Shown: piece by piece, positions 56,492 through 64,000 of the stretch
How the letters are laid out: each line of letters begins with the position of its first letter
Position numbering within the stretch: the stretch's first letter is position 1
DNA from: an uncultured Acidobacteriota bacterium
Lineage (GTDB): Bacteria > Acidobacteriota > Vicinamibacteria > Marinacidobacterales > DATDRI01
DNA: 64,000 nt
NCBI GenBank assembly: GCA_963697355.1
Contig: CAVONV010000023.1
Coordinates: 1,362,400-1,426,399, forward strand
Reading direction: 5' to 3'
Position numbers and translations under genes: made by a program
Notes under the pieces: generated by a model
Database searches by the model: none
Seen by the model: the letters and a program-made list of their open reading frames with translations, nothing else
Told to the model about the DNA's origin: nothing

Positions 56492-58945
56492 ATGAAGAAA
56501 CAAGCTCGTTGCCGCTTCCCAATCCTCCTTTTAGCATGCCTTTTTTTCCCATCCCTCTCCTTAGCTGATTCGACAAGACTGAGCAAATCGGACAGACGCT
56601 GGTTGGAAGAAGAGGTCGGCGCGCTTCTCACCGAGGAAGAGATCAACATCTTCATGGAGCTCGACACCAAAGAGGACCGGAAGCTGTTCAAAGAGCTCTT
56701 TTGGACCCGTCGCGATCCGGATTTGATGAGTCCCGAGAACGAGTTCAAAGAGGAGTTCGAGGATAGGTTGAAGTTTGCCAACCGCAATTTCATGTTCAGG
56801 GGGAAGAAAGGTGCCACGACGGACCGCGGGAGAGCCTTCTTGTTGTTGGGAGCTCCCGACTATTCGGAACAAGGCTATGAGGGAGATCTTGCCGAAGTCG
56901 ATGCGGGATTGGATCCGCGACAGGCCCGGGAAGTCGCTCAATCGAATGATTTCTTGAACGATCAGAGTGACACTGACAGCCTCCAACGCCCCGTGCACGG
57001 AATACTACGGATGCTGTGGCGCTACGATCCCAGTCCTGAGGAGGGAATCCCTTCCGGCTTGAAGATCCTGCTCGATTCAAGTCCGGGTTTCGGATACCGC
57101 TTTGTCCAACCCGACCAAGTGGGGAAAGCACTGGAAGGTGTCAAGGCTACCTATATTTTCCACCCTGAGATCGACTACGCCCGGGACTCCCAGGGACATT
57201 TGATGCCGCTTCCGGCACGACTCGACCCCAACAGCCCGGGAAAGAAAGCTCTCCGGGAGATGCTGGAAACGAAGGCCCAGGCTTCCGATGTCGCCTTCGA
57301 GACCCAGATGGCCTTCTATAAGTCGACCGAAGGTGCTTACGTACCGTTGTTCTTCGAGATCCCTGCTGAGCACTTGAAATGGAAACGTTCCGTTGCGAAC
57401 GTCACCTTTTTCGGTTACATCGAAACCGTGGATGGCCAGCCGGTCCGCCAGTTCGAGGAACAGTCGACGTTTACGCGGACGGAGGACGGGCGTGCCGTCT
57501 GCGAAGTGCCGGTTCAACTCGAGCCCGGGAGCTACACGTTTCATCTCGGCGTCATGGACCTCGAGACAAAGAAGCTGGGAACGAAGCGCACCCCCGTCTT
57601 TGTGCCGACCTTCAAGCAGGATGAGCTCGATAAGTCATCCGTTCTTTTGTTCGCGGATTCGCGCCGAGTCGAAGAGCCGCCGGGCACCAGCGGCCATGCG
57701 TTCCAGTTTGGACAGGTGAAGTTCACCCCTCGAGGTGCCAGGCCCTTCAGGCCAAAGGATGACTTGGGGATATTGTTCTTCCTCTACGGGTTCGGTGTGG
57801 ACGGTGAGGGACAAGCCCATCTTACGAGTGATTACACCCTGTATAGGGATGGAGAAAAGGCGGTCGAGATTCCGACCCAAACTCTTCAGGCGGGATCGAC
57901 TCAGGCGGTGGCCAACGTGCAAATTCCGCTGGCCAAGTTCGAGCCCGGTAACTACCAGGTCGAAGTGAAGATAACGGATCATGTGACGAGCCGGAACCTC
58001 ACCGACCGGATCGAGTTCGTTCTGGAGCCCGAGCCCTACGCCGTGGGAGAGTATTCGGATTTGGTGGAGAGCTATCGCGATGGTCGTGTGCGGGAAACCA
58101 CCAATGCCTTAGCTGCCGTGCCTCGGGCCTCGCTAAGAGGGGCCACCAAGAAGTACCGAAAGGCATTATCCAGTAGTGACCAGTTGAAGTCCGCTGCTTG
58201 CCTTCACACCGAAGCCGCGGTCGCAACCCTCAGCGAAGTCCCATTCCATTTGAAAGAGGCGCGAGAGTATCTGGATCAGATCGCCGATAGTGATCTCCGG
58301 TCGCGCTCGATTCGCGATTGGTTTCTTGCCGTGGCCTATTTCTTCAGGAGCTCGACGGCCGGTTGGGGAGCTTTACCCATCATCAACGAAGCACAGGAGC
58401 GCTATCCGGATGATGTCGAGATCCAGCTCGCTGTGGGCTCGGTATACGAGTCGGCAGGTTGGAGACAGATCAACGGAATGCTGGAACGAGCCGAAGGCAT
58501 TTATCGGAGTGTTGTCGAGACCCACCCCGAAAACGTCGAAGCCCATATGAGATTGGGGAGAGCTCTGCAATTGAAGGAGGATTGGGACGGGGCGATTCGA
58601 GAACTGAAATGGTGTGTCGAACATGCTGACGATCGAACGACTCGTTTTGTAACCTTTATGCTACTGGGCGAAACCTACTACCAGCTTGGAGATTTGACCC
58701 AAACCGTTCAATCGTACCGCAGCGCTTTTGACATCGATCCTCATTGTCAGGTGGCTGCGGTGGCTCTCAGTCATGCTTTGCATCGATCGGGCGACTGGGC
58801 GGCCTCCCGCGAAATCATGAGCGGCTTTCTCGATCGAAACGATACTTCGCCCAACGGGCCGGACGAGTGGAAACGATTTCAGTCCGGCCGACCCGAACAG
58901 TTGCAGCTCGTACTTCAAAAGATGCGGGAGGAAGTGCTTCGATGA
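56492..58945 (+). CDS. Secreted GWxTD-domain protein with C-terminal TPR repeats (817 aa)
   Basis: Signal peptide. GWxTD-like block FWTRRDPD...FRGKKGATTDRGRAFLLLGAPD. TPR repeats in the C-terminal third. Confidence 0.65.
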   Translation: MKKQARCRFPILLLACLFFPSLSLADSTRLSKSDRRWLEEEVGALLTEEEINIFMELDTKEDRKLFKELFWTRRDPDLMSPENEFKEEFEDRLKFANRNFMFRGKKGATTDRGRAFLLLGAPDYSEQGYEGDLAEVDAGLDPRQAREVAQSNDFLNDQSDTDSLQRPVHGILRMLWRYDPSPEEGIPSGLKILLDSSPGFGYRFVQPDQVGKALEGVKATYIFHPEIDYARDSQGHLMPLPARLDPNSPGKKALREMLETKAQASDVAFETQMAFYKSTEGAYVPLFFEIPAEHLKWKRSVANVTFFGYIETVDGQPVRQFEEQSTFTRTEDGRAVCEVPVQLEPGSYTFHLGVMDLETKKLGTKRTPVFVPTFKQDELDKSSVLLFADSRRVEEPPGTSGHAFQFGQVKFTPRGARPFRPKDDLGILFFLYGFGVDGEGQAHLTSDYTLYRDGEKAVEIPTQTLQAGSTQAVANVQIPLAKFEPGNYQVEVKITDHVTSRNLTDRIEFVLEPEPYAVGEYSDLVESYRDGRVRETTNALAAVPRASLRGATKKYRKALSSSDQLKSAACLHTEAAVATLSEVPFHLKEAREYLDQIADSDLRSRSIRDWFLAVAYFFRSSTAGWGALPIINEAQERYPDDVEIQLAVGSVYESAGWRQINGMLERAEGIYRSVVETHPENVEAHMRLGRALQLKEDWDGAIRELKWCVEHADDRTTRFVTFMLLGETYYQLGDLTQTVQSYRSAFDIDPHCQVAAVALSHALHRSGDWAASREIMSGFLDRNDTSPNGPDEWKRFQSGRPEQLQLVLQKMREEVLR

Positions 58946-59877
58946 TGTGGCTGACGTTGGCGCTTGCGTGTCTTGGCATCCTTCCTCAAGAAGCGGAGCA
59001 AGAGGAGACGTTCCGGTTCGCGGTCGAAGTCCGAACGGTCTATACAGATGTCTTCGTGACCAAAGAAGGTGAACCGGTAACGGGGCTGACGGCGTGGAAT
59101 TTCGAGTTGCTGGACAACGGAGTGCCGCAAGAAGTCAAGTTGCTGGATGCCAGTGCCCTGCCGCTATCTACCATACTCCTTCTCGATGTGAGTGGAAGCG
59201 TTCTTGGTGATCGAGCGGAGCAACTCCGGGCCGCCGCCCATGCTTTCATCGAAGGGCTAGAGCCGGAAGACGAAGTCGGCCTCCTCACCTTCACCACGGA
59301 TATGCATCTGAGGAAGGGACTGAGCACTGATTTCGACACGCTCCATCGTGTTCTCGAGGAGGCGACGGTCCAAGCTGATACGAGTCTCCATGATGCCCTT
59401 TTTGCAGGGATCAAGATGGTGGAAGCGCGCGGCGGAAGGCCTCTCATCGTTGTCTTTTCCGATGGGTTGGACAACATGAGTTGGCTCACCGATGTGGAAG
59501 TGCTCGAGGTCCTCAAGGAGTCGGATGCCGTCGTCTATGCCGTTGCCGTCGAGCCGTTGTGGAGGGCCGGCCTCAGTCGCAGTGGGCGCGCGCTCCGTGA
59601 AAAGACGGAAATGAGTGCAACCGAGTTCTTGCAAGGAATCACCAGCGCGACGGGAGGCAAAGTTTGGCACATTGACGCGGCCACGAATATCAAGGATGTC
59701 TTCTTGAGAATCCTGACAGAAATGGAAAGCCGTTACCTGGTGAGCTACGAGCCGGCTGGAGTCCCTCGTGATGGGTGGCACAGGCTCGAGATCAAGCTCA
59801 GGGGTAAGTTGGTGGATGAGGTCCGTTCCCGCCCAGGTTATCTGGTGAGCTCGAAGTATAAAGAGAGTGATCCGTAA
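58942..59877 (+). CDS. VWA-domain protein (acidobacterial VWFA-type), translationally coupled to the GWxTD gene
   Basis: Start ATGATG overlaps the upstream TGA. MIDAS-like LLDVSGS...FSDGLDN. Signal/TM at the N-terminus. Confidence 0.7.
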   Translation: MMWLTLALACLGILPQEAEQEETFRFAVEVRTVYTDVFVTKEGEPVTGLTAWNFELLDNGVPQEVKLLDASALPLSTILLLDVSGSVLGDRAEQLRAAAHAFIEGLEPEDEVGLLTFTTDMHLRKGLSTDFDTLHRVLEEATVQADTSLHDALFAGIKMVEARGGRPLIVVFSDGLDNMSWLTDVEVLEVLKESDAVVYAVAVEPLWRAGLSRSGRALREKTEMSATEFLQGITSATGGKVWHIDAATNIKDVFLRILTEMESRYLVSYEPAGVPRDGWHRLEIKLRGKLVDEVRSRPGYLVSSKYKESDP

Positions 59878-59896
59878 GACAGGCACGACATCCACT

Positions 59897-59957
59897 GTAG
59901 TAGAAAGTAGGAAGTAGGAAGTGGGAAGTAGGAAGTAGGAAGTAGGAAGTAGAGAAG
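59897..59957. repeat. Heptamer tandem repeat (GGAAGTA)~8, followed by a pyrimidine-rich imperfect mirror tract
   Basis: gtagtagaaagtaggaagtaggaagtgggaagtaggaagtaggaagtaggaagtagagaag, then ttgcttccttccatctgccactttgttctttctaccttctccttcctccttcacc. Confidence 0.8.
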
Positions 59958-60485
59958 AATTGCTTCCTTCCATCTGCCACTTTGTTCTTTCTACCTTCTC
60001 CTTCCTCCTTCACCATTTTTTTGCTCAAAAAAAGGTGAGCGAAAGAGCTACCCTAGATGGTGCAGGGGAGTGGTCCGTCCATGGTGTATTAGCTCAATCG
60101 CTCACGCCATTTATCTACTGCAACCGGTATGCCAAGTTGGCTGATAACAAGACAGCTTCCGGTAAACAGTGACCAGTGAACAAGTAGCAGTGAACAGTTG
60201 ATAGTAAACCGTGTCCTTTCGGACTCTGGGGAGTTGACCGTCAAGCAGATGCTCTATCCGCTCAGATAGTCCGTCAATCCTCGTCGATAGTCTGTTCGGT
60301 CGCTCGGCCCTGCGGTTGTCAAACACTTGAGAAGGAGGCGATGTTCACTGTTGACTGGTCACTGACTTCTGGCCTCTTCTTCTGGTCACCCGCTTTCGCT
60401 GACGTAATTGAAAGCGTAGCTTCGGCGGGTCCGCCGATGCACCGAAGGCGTTCATCTTTCGAAGAGAGGGCGGACTGCCCATTCT

Positions 60486-61493
60486 CTACCGTTCACTCTT
60501 CCCTGGCGTGATGCGGTAAGCGATGAGAGCGGCAACGACCGCCATCAAGAAACCTGCAGGTATGTCAACCGCATGGTGGTATCGCGTGTAGATACAGGCG
60601 AAGCTCATTCCGGCGGCGAAGATTCCCAGAATGAGTGCCGGTCGCCGATGGAATCGGGCGAGACCCAGGACCATCCCCCAAGCGCCCGACACATGGGAGC
60701 TTGGGAAACACCCGCCGGAAACGGCACCTTTGCCGATGATCCATTCCATTAGAGGGGTAAAAACAACCCCTTGGAAAGGAGTCAAACCTGCCATGACCTC
60801 CGGATTCTCCCATGGTCCCCTCGCTGGAAGCAGCGGGTACCAGATGAAAGAAAAGAAGTAGGCCAATACCGTGGTGGTCATGGCGGTCTCGATTCCTGGA
60901 CCGGGTTGGCTCTTTCCGGTTCCATTGATTCCGAACCAGGCAATCACCGCACCACCCACGACGATGAGGTAATAAGAAAAATAGAAAAAGTGAATCAGCT
61001 CGTCCTGGACGAGGCCGGTCCAGCCCGCCAGGAGCAAGGTGGGAAGCTCACCAAACAACCATCGATCCGCCGCGTACAAATACGGTTCGAACCAGTACGG
61101 AGCTGCCGGCGCCACGACGTTGACGGTATGGGCGACCTCCTCGAAGAAATAGATGACAAGAGCCAATGGATAGGTGTAGCGAAGAAAGCGAGCTATGTCC
61201 CTGCCCGTTTTCTTCCACGAGACTCGAGGCGTTGACTCCCATCGAGCGCCCCGCGGTGGCAAGGTCGCAACAACAAAGAGCACCAACGCGTGGAAGACTA
61301 AGAGGGTGTTGGCTTCGGGAATCAGAGAATGCCGGAACGAGATGAGAATCGCCGTGAGTGTGGTGTAGACAGCGATCGCGATGTCAACGGCAGTCCAGCG
61401 TCTCATGGTCTCTACGATTCCGTCTCGTGCCGATGTCATGGTATTCGGATCGAGTGCCGTTTTGTCATGATGTTGTATCGATGGGTTCAGCAT
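60486..61493 (-). CDS. PAP2-superfamily membrane phosphatase / phosphotransferase-like protein
   Basis: Multi-TM. PAP2 motifs PSSHVSGAWG and YTRYHHAVDIPAG. The start codon is uncertain. Confidence 0.65.
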   Translation of the reverse strand: MLNPSIQHHDKTALDPNTMTSARDGIVETMRRWTAVDIAIAVYTTLTAILISFRHSLIPEANTLLVFHALVLFVVATLPPRGARWESTPRVSWKKTGRDIARFLRYTYPLALVIYFFEEVAHTVNVVAPAAPYWFEPYLYAADRWLFGELPTLLLAGWTGLVQDELIHFFYFSYYLIVVGGAVIAWFGINGTGKSQPGPGIETAMTTTVLAYFFSFIWYPLLPARGPWENPEVMAGLTPFQGVVFTPLMEWIIGKGAVSGGCFPSSHVSGAWGMVLGLARFHRRPALILGIFAAGMSFACIYTRYHHAVDIPAGFLMAVVAALIAYRITPGKSER

Positions 61494-61952
61494 ATTCTTT
61501 CTCTTGCCTATCTAAATGTATAGTCGCTATCTTTTAAGTGAGTGTTTCTTTGTTTTGAGCAAGGTGGTTTCGGTCGCTACGGCGAGCTGTTGACCGATGA
61601 AAAGTGCTTGTTTTGTCGTCCATAACACTCCGAACCATCTTTTCGGCCATGGCTAGGCATGCCTGCTGCAATGCTTGTGCCGTGGTAGGCGGCGGATAAC
61701 CCTCCTTTAACATCCCTGCCCCCCCAATCGAGCTTCGCGGGGTGATTGGATGTTGGCAAGAGACTTGCTAAGGGATTAGGACAGTAGGTGAGCGGGCACG
61801 AACAAGTAGGGTTTCTCGGGCTCCAACCTTTTGGCCCCTCGCCTGCTACTCAAAGAGGGCAGGAGACAGATTACAGCGGAGCATCAATCAACTTGCTGTC
61901 TCCTGCACTCTTCTTCATTCGTATCCTAAAAAAGAGCAGAGCGTGAAGAAAA

Positions 61953-61981
61953 GGGGACGGGTCTGGACAGGTCCCTTTTTT
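61953..61981. terminator. Bidirectional intrinsic terminator-like hairpin (GGGGAC...GTCCC followed by T6; complementary strand followed by CCCCTTTTCTTC)
   Basis: aaaaggggacgggtctggacaggtcccttttttgc. A second weaker copy is at 62004-62020 (aaagggaccagtcccctttt). Confidence 0.5.
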
Positions 61982-62040
61982 GCTTTGCCTTCTGCAGAAA
62001 AAAGGGACCAGTCCCCTTTTCTTCTCCTGTTATTCTTCTT

Positions 62041-62088
62041 GAGTTCTTGAGTTCTTGAGTTCTTGAGTTCTTGAGTTCTTGAGTTCTG
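62041..62088. repeat. Octamer tandem repeat (GAGTTCTT)x6
   Basis: gagttcttgagttcttgagttcttgagttcttgagttcttgagttctg, immediately downstream of the DUF481 gene stop. Confidence 0.85.
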
Positions 62089-62101
62089 ACTATCTTACTT
62101 A

Positions 62102-63154
62102 CTAGAATGTCCAGCCAAATGATGTTCCTACCCCGAGGTCGTTTCTAGGCGCCGTTTCTGTTGGGGGATCGCTGTCAAAGTTGTCCCAGATATAGGCACT
62201 CCAGAAAAAGTCCTTGAAGATCTCGACCTTGAGACGGCTGTCCAAGTCGAGTCGCACACGACCAAACGCCGTCACATTGGGGAAGACGAGAAACCTCGTG
62301 GTGAAATCCAATTTGGGAGAATCGTAGCGGAAGGCCTCGAAACTGATGCCGGAGATGATCTCAGCGTTCTGCGTCATGTCTTCACCGGAGTACCGCTCAT
62401 TACTCATTGCCAATCCGCCAACGGCTCCAAAGATGAGGTTGTTGGTTTGGATGAAATAGCGCCCCACGCCGCCTCCGATGAGAGCGCGGAAATCGAGCTC
62501 CGTTGATTGGTTTTGCTGTAATTGCCCGAGTCCAAGGTAGAACCACTTCTTGCCAAAGGGACGACTGATCGTCAAGTTCAAAGCGTTCGTGACGACATCC
62601 TCTGCGCCGTCCTGCCTCTTGAACTGCGACCGAAAGTCGCCGGAGGTCAGGTAGTTCTTGGTCTTGTAGGTCGCATTGGTATGGGCGTTCCACTCCGTCG
62701 CGTTTTGCGCTTGCGTGAAGGAGTAACCTATATCCAATGAGCCTTTGATCCGTGACCAGAAGCTCTCGTCGATGGGTGCTATTCTGACCACTCGGTCATA
62801 GTCAGCAGCCACGCTCTCCGACATGCCCGTGACCACCAACTTTTTTTCGTCTTCCAGCCTTGCAAGAGCCCCAAAAAGCCGGACACCGGATTGGAGCTCC
62901 ACTTCGTAGAAGTAGTTGCTTTCTACATGTTCGATTTTGTTCCATTCGATCTCTATCTTGCCCATGCCGGTTGTGCTGACGAGCAATTTGCCGCGCTGCA
63001 GACTCTTGATCTCGACCGTCAATCGGTCGCCATTTTTGAAATGGACGATGTCGGTCTTTGCATGCGCGTAGAGGTATGGGCTCCACATGTGAAGGGCGAC
63101 GGCAAGAACGAGGCCTTTCCACAACATACGGCGCCGTTGACGGTTGCGGGTCAT
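62102..63154 (-). CDS. DUF481-type outer-membrane beta-barrel protein
   Basis: Probable start MTRNRQRRRMLWKGLVLAVALHMWSPYLYA (signal peptide); the ORF track extends to 63202. Alternating beta-strand pattern. C-terminal ...GVGTSFGWTF with terminal Phe. Confidence 0.65.
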   Translation of the reverse strand: MTRNRQRRRMLWKGLVLAVALHMWSPYLYAHAKTDIVHFKNGDRLTVEIKSLQRGKLLVSTTGMGKIEIEWNKIEHVESNYFYEVELQSGVRLFGALARLEDEKKLVVTGMSESVAADYDRVVRIAPIDESFWSRIKGSLDIGYSFTQAQNATEWNAHTNATYKTKNYLTSGDFRSQFKRQDGAEDVVTNALNLTISRPFGKKWFYLGLGQLQQNQSTELDFRALIGGGVGRYFIQTNNLIFGAVGGLAMSNERYSGEDMTQNAEIISGISFEAFRYDSPKLDFTTRFLVFPNVTAFGRVRLDLDSRLKVEIFKDFFWSAYIWDNFDSDPPTETAPRNDLGVGTSFGWTF

Positions 63155-63185
63155 CGTTTCCAACTCCATCGGAAATGGGTAGCGG

Positions 63186-64000
63186 CTAGGAAGAGCTTTC
63201 ATGGCCGTTACCTTCGAATGCTTCCTCGATAGGACCTTCGGCTTCCGGATTGAAGCGGTCTACCTCCAATCCGTAGAAACGGAGGATGGTCGCAGCGATA
63301 TGACTTTGTGTGTAAGTGGGAATGTTCTGGAGCTCACCCCGATGAGGTGTGTCGGGACCAAAGACGGCAATCCAAGTCTCGTCGGAACCGGGAACCTCAG
63401 AGCCGTGAGAGGTCCAGTCGTCCATTCCTCGCCCTCTGCCGTGATCCGTCGTTACGACCAGCGTCGTCCGGCCGCGGTAGGGCTCCATGGACTGAAGAGC
63501 TGACCACAGATCGCGAAGGGCGTCGTCGAAGAGACCGATCATTTGGACCATGCGGTCATAGCGCCGTTCGTGAGCCCAATCGTCGGTTTCTCCCAACGCG
63601 AGATAGAGAAAATTGGGCTTGTATTGCTTGATATAGGCGATGGCCAATCCAAGGGTGACGGCATCATGGCGCACGGTGTCCCAAGGGGTCTTCATGTCGA
63701 ACTGGAGGCGGCTGAGTCTTTCTAGCTCGGGCGAATTCATTTCCAGTGGCGGCGGTTCGTACCCGGCGTTACAGTAGATGTTGCCCTCAGTGTGCATCGC
63801 GATCCAGTTGAAAACGTCCCAGGAGGCGAAAGCCGCGGATTTGTAGGGACTCCCGCCAAGCTCGTCACGCAGGTACTCGAGAATCGTGGGGCGAGGACTA
63901 AAAATACGGTCGTTGCTATCCACCACGCTTTGCGGTTGGCCGTTGAGGATCTCGGCATAGCTGGGATAAGAGAAACGGTGAGGATTCTTTAGGTGAACGG
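63186..64000 (-). CDS. Alkaline-phosphatase-superfamily metalloenzyme (sulfatase/phosphatase-like); 5' end off window
   Basis: The track ORF begins at a GTG, but the frame stays open to the window edge (…FSYPSYAEILNGQPQSVVDSNDRIF...). Metal/active-site-like blocks TTDHGRG and WTSHGS. Confidence 0.55.
   Translation of the reverse strand, partial: VHLKNPHRFSYPSYAEILNGQPQSVVDSNDRIFSPRPTILEYLRDELGGSPYKSAAFASWDVFNWIAMHTEGNIYCNAGYEPPPLEMNSPELERLSRLQFDMKTPWDTVRHDAVTLGLAIAYIKQYKPNFLYLALGETDDWAHERRYDRMVQMIGLFDDALRDLWSALQSMEPYRGRTTLVVTTDHGRGRGMDDWTSHGSEVPGSDETWIAVFGPDTPHRGELQNIPTYTQSHIAATILRFYGLEVDRFNPEAEGPIEEAFEGNGHESSS

Noticed and set aside
1-64000. CRISPR arrays, rRNA, tRNA, integrase/transposase genes
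   Set aside because: No direct-repeat/spacer periodicity, no rRNA-like conserved stretches and no recombinase motifs were seen by eye. The only tandem repeats are the 7-mer and 8-mer microsatellite-like arrays. A proper tRNAscan/Rfam/ISfinder run was not possible.

Overview
This 64-kb window is high-GC bacterial chromosomal DNA. The gene content (ADOP-type FtsX permease next to PadR, a GWxTD/VWA protein pair, a DUF481 barrel, and an expanded family of Hanks-type Ser/Thr kinases with TPR or beta-propeller tails) suggests an Acidobacteria-like organism; that lineage call is an inference from gene content, not a database result. No rRNA, tRNA or CRISPR arrays were recognised by eye.

Positions 1-20900 are a minus-strand array of paralogous Ser/Thr kinase genes. 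Type A is a kinase with a TM segment and TPR repeats; type B is a kinase with a TM segment and a TolB-like propeller. A third type has an ECF-like N-terminal region followed by kinase, TM segment and TPR repeats. Five genes (four in this stretch) share one nearly identical promoter/leader/N-terminus cassette: TTGACT, an 18-nt spacer, TATCCT, then CGTGGAGGTCCTCC and ATG/GTG ATTGG(C/T)CG(G/A) encoding [10 protein letters not shown]. Three type A genes are each followed directly by a type B stub through an ATGA stop/start overlap. The array also contains several decayed kinase stubs and deletion derivatives, an HNH endonuclease, a class-I aminotransferase fused at a deletion junction, and two unassigned proteins of 609 and 338 aa. 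This array is the most unusual structure in the window.

Positions 21-29 kb carry a YgeW-like carbamoyltransferase, a YgeY-like M20 peptidase, an M28 peptidase, a PreA/YgfK-like Fe-S TIM-barrel oxidoreductase and an aldehyde dehydrogenase. At 30-31.5 kb an AT-richer insert encodes an HTH-Fic-like protein whose Fic motif is degenerate (QPFEDMNKRVSR in place of HPFxDGNGRxxR); a palindromic operator with a second direct-repeat copy sits upstream. Positions 31.5-34.6 kb hold a PadR regulator and an ADOP permease.

Positions 35-37.7 kb contain an AlkA-like glycosylase followed by a tandemly duplicated [alkA 3' tail - vapC - Phd/YefM antitoxin] unit; in the second copy the toxin has decayed and is fused to the antitoxin. 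Next come a frameshifted DUF5916 outer-membrane protein and a degraded two-component system, followed by a reductive pyrimidine / hydantoin catabolism set (dihydropyrimidinase, beta-ureidopropionase-like CN hydrolase, class-III aminotransferase, LLM oxidoreductase). After that are two Na+/solute symporters, an AprA/SdhA-like flavoprotein with a ferredoxin, and an IorAB-type molybdenum hydroxylase. The 3' end has a GWxTD-TPR / VWA pair, a PAP2 membrane protein, a DUF481 barrel and a partial alkaline-phosphatase-superfamily gene. Intergenic regions there carry short tandem repeats and strong hairpins.

At least five genes carry single-nucleotide frameshifts: two kinases, DUF5916, the response regulator and the histidine kinase. 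These could be genuine decay or local indel errors in the sequence.
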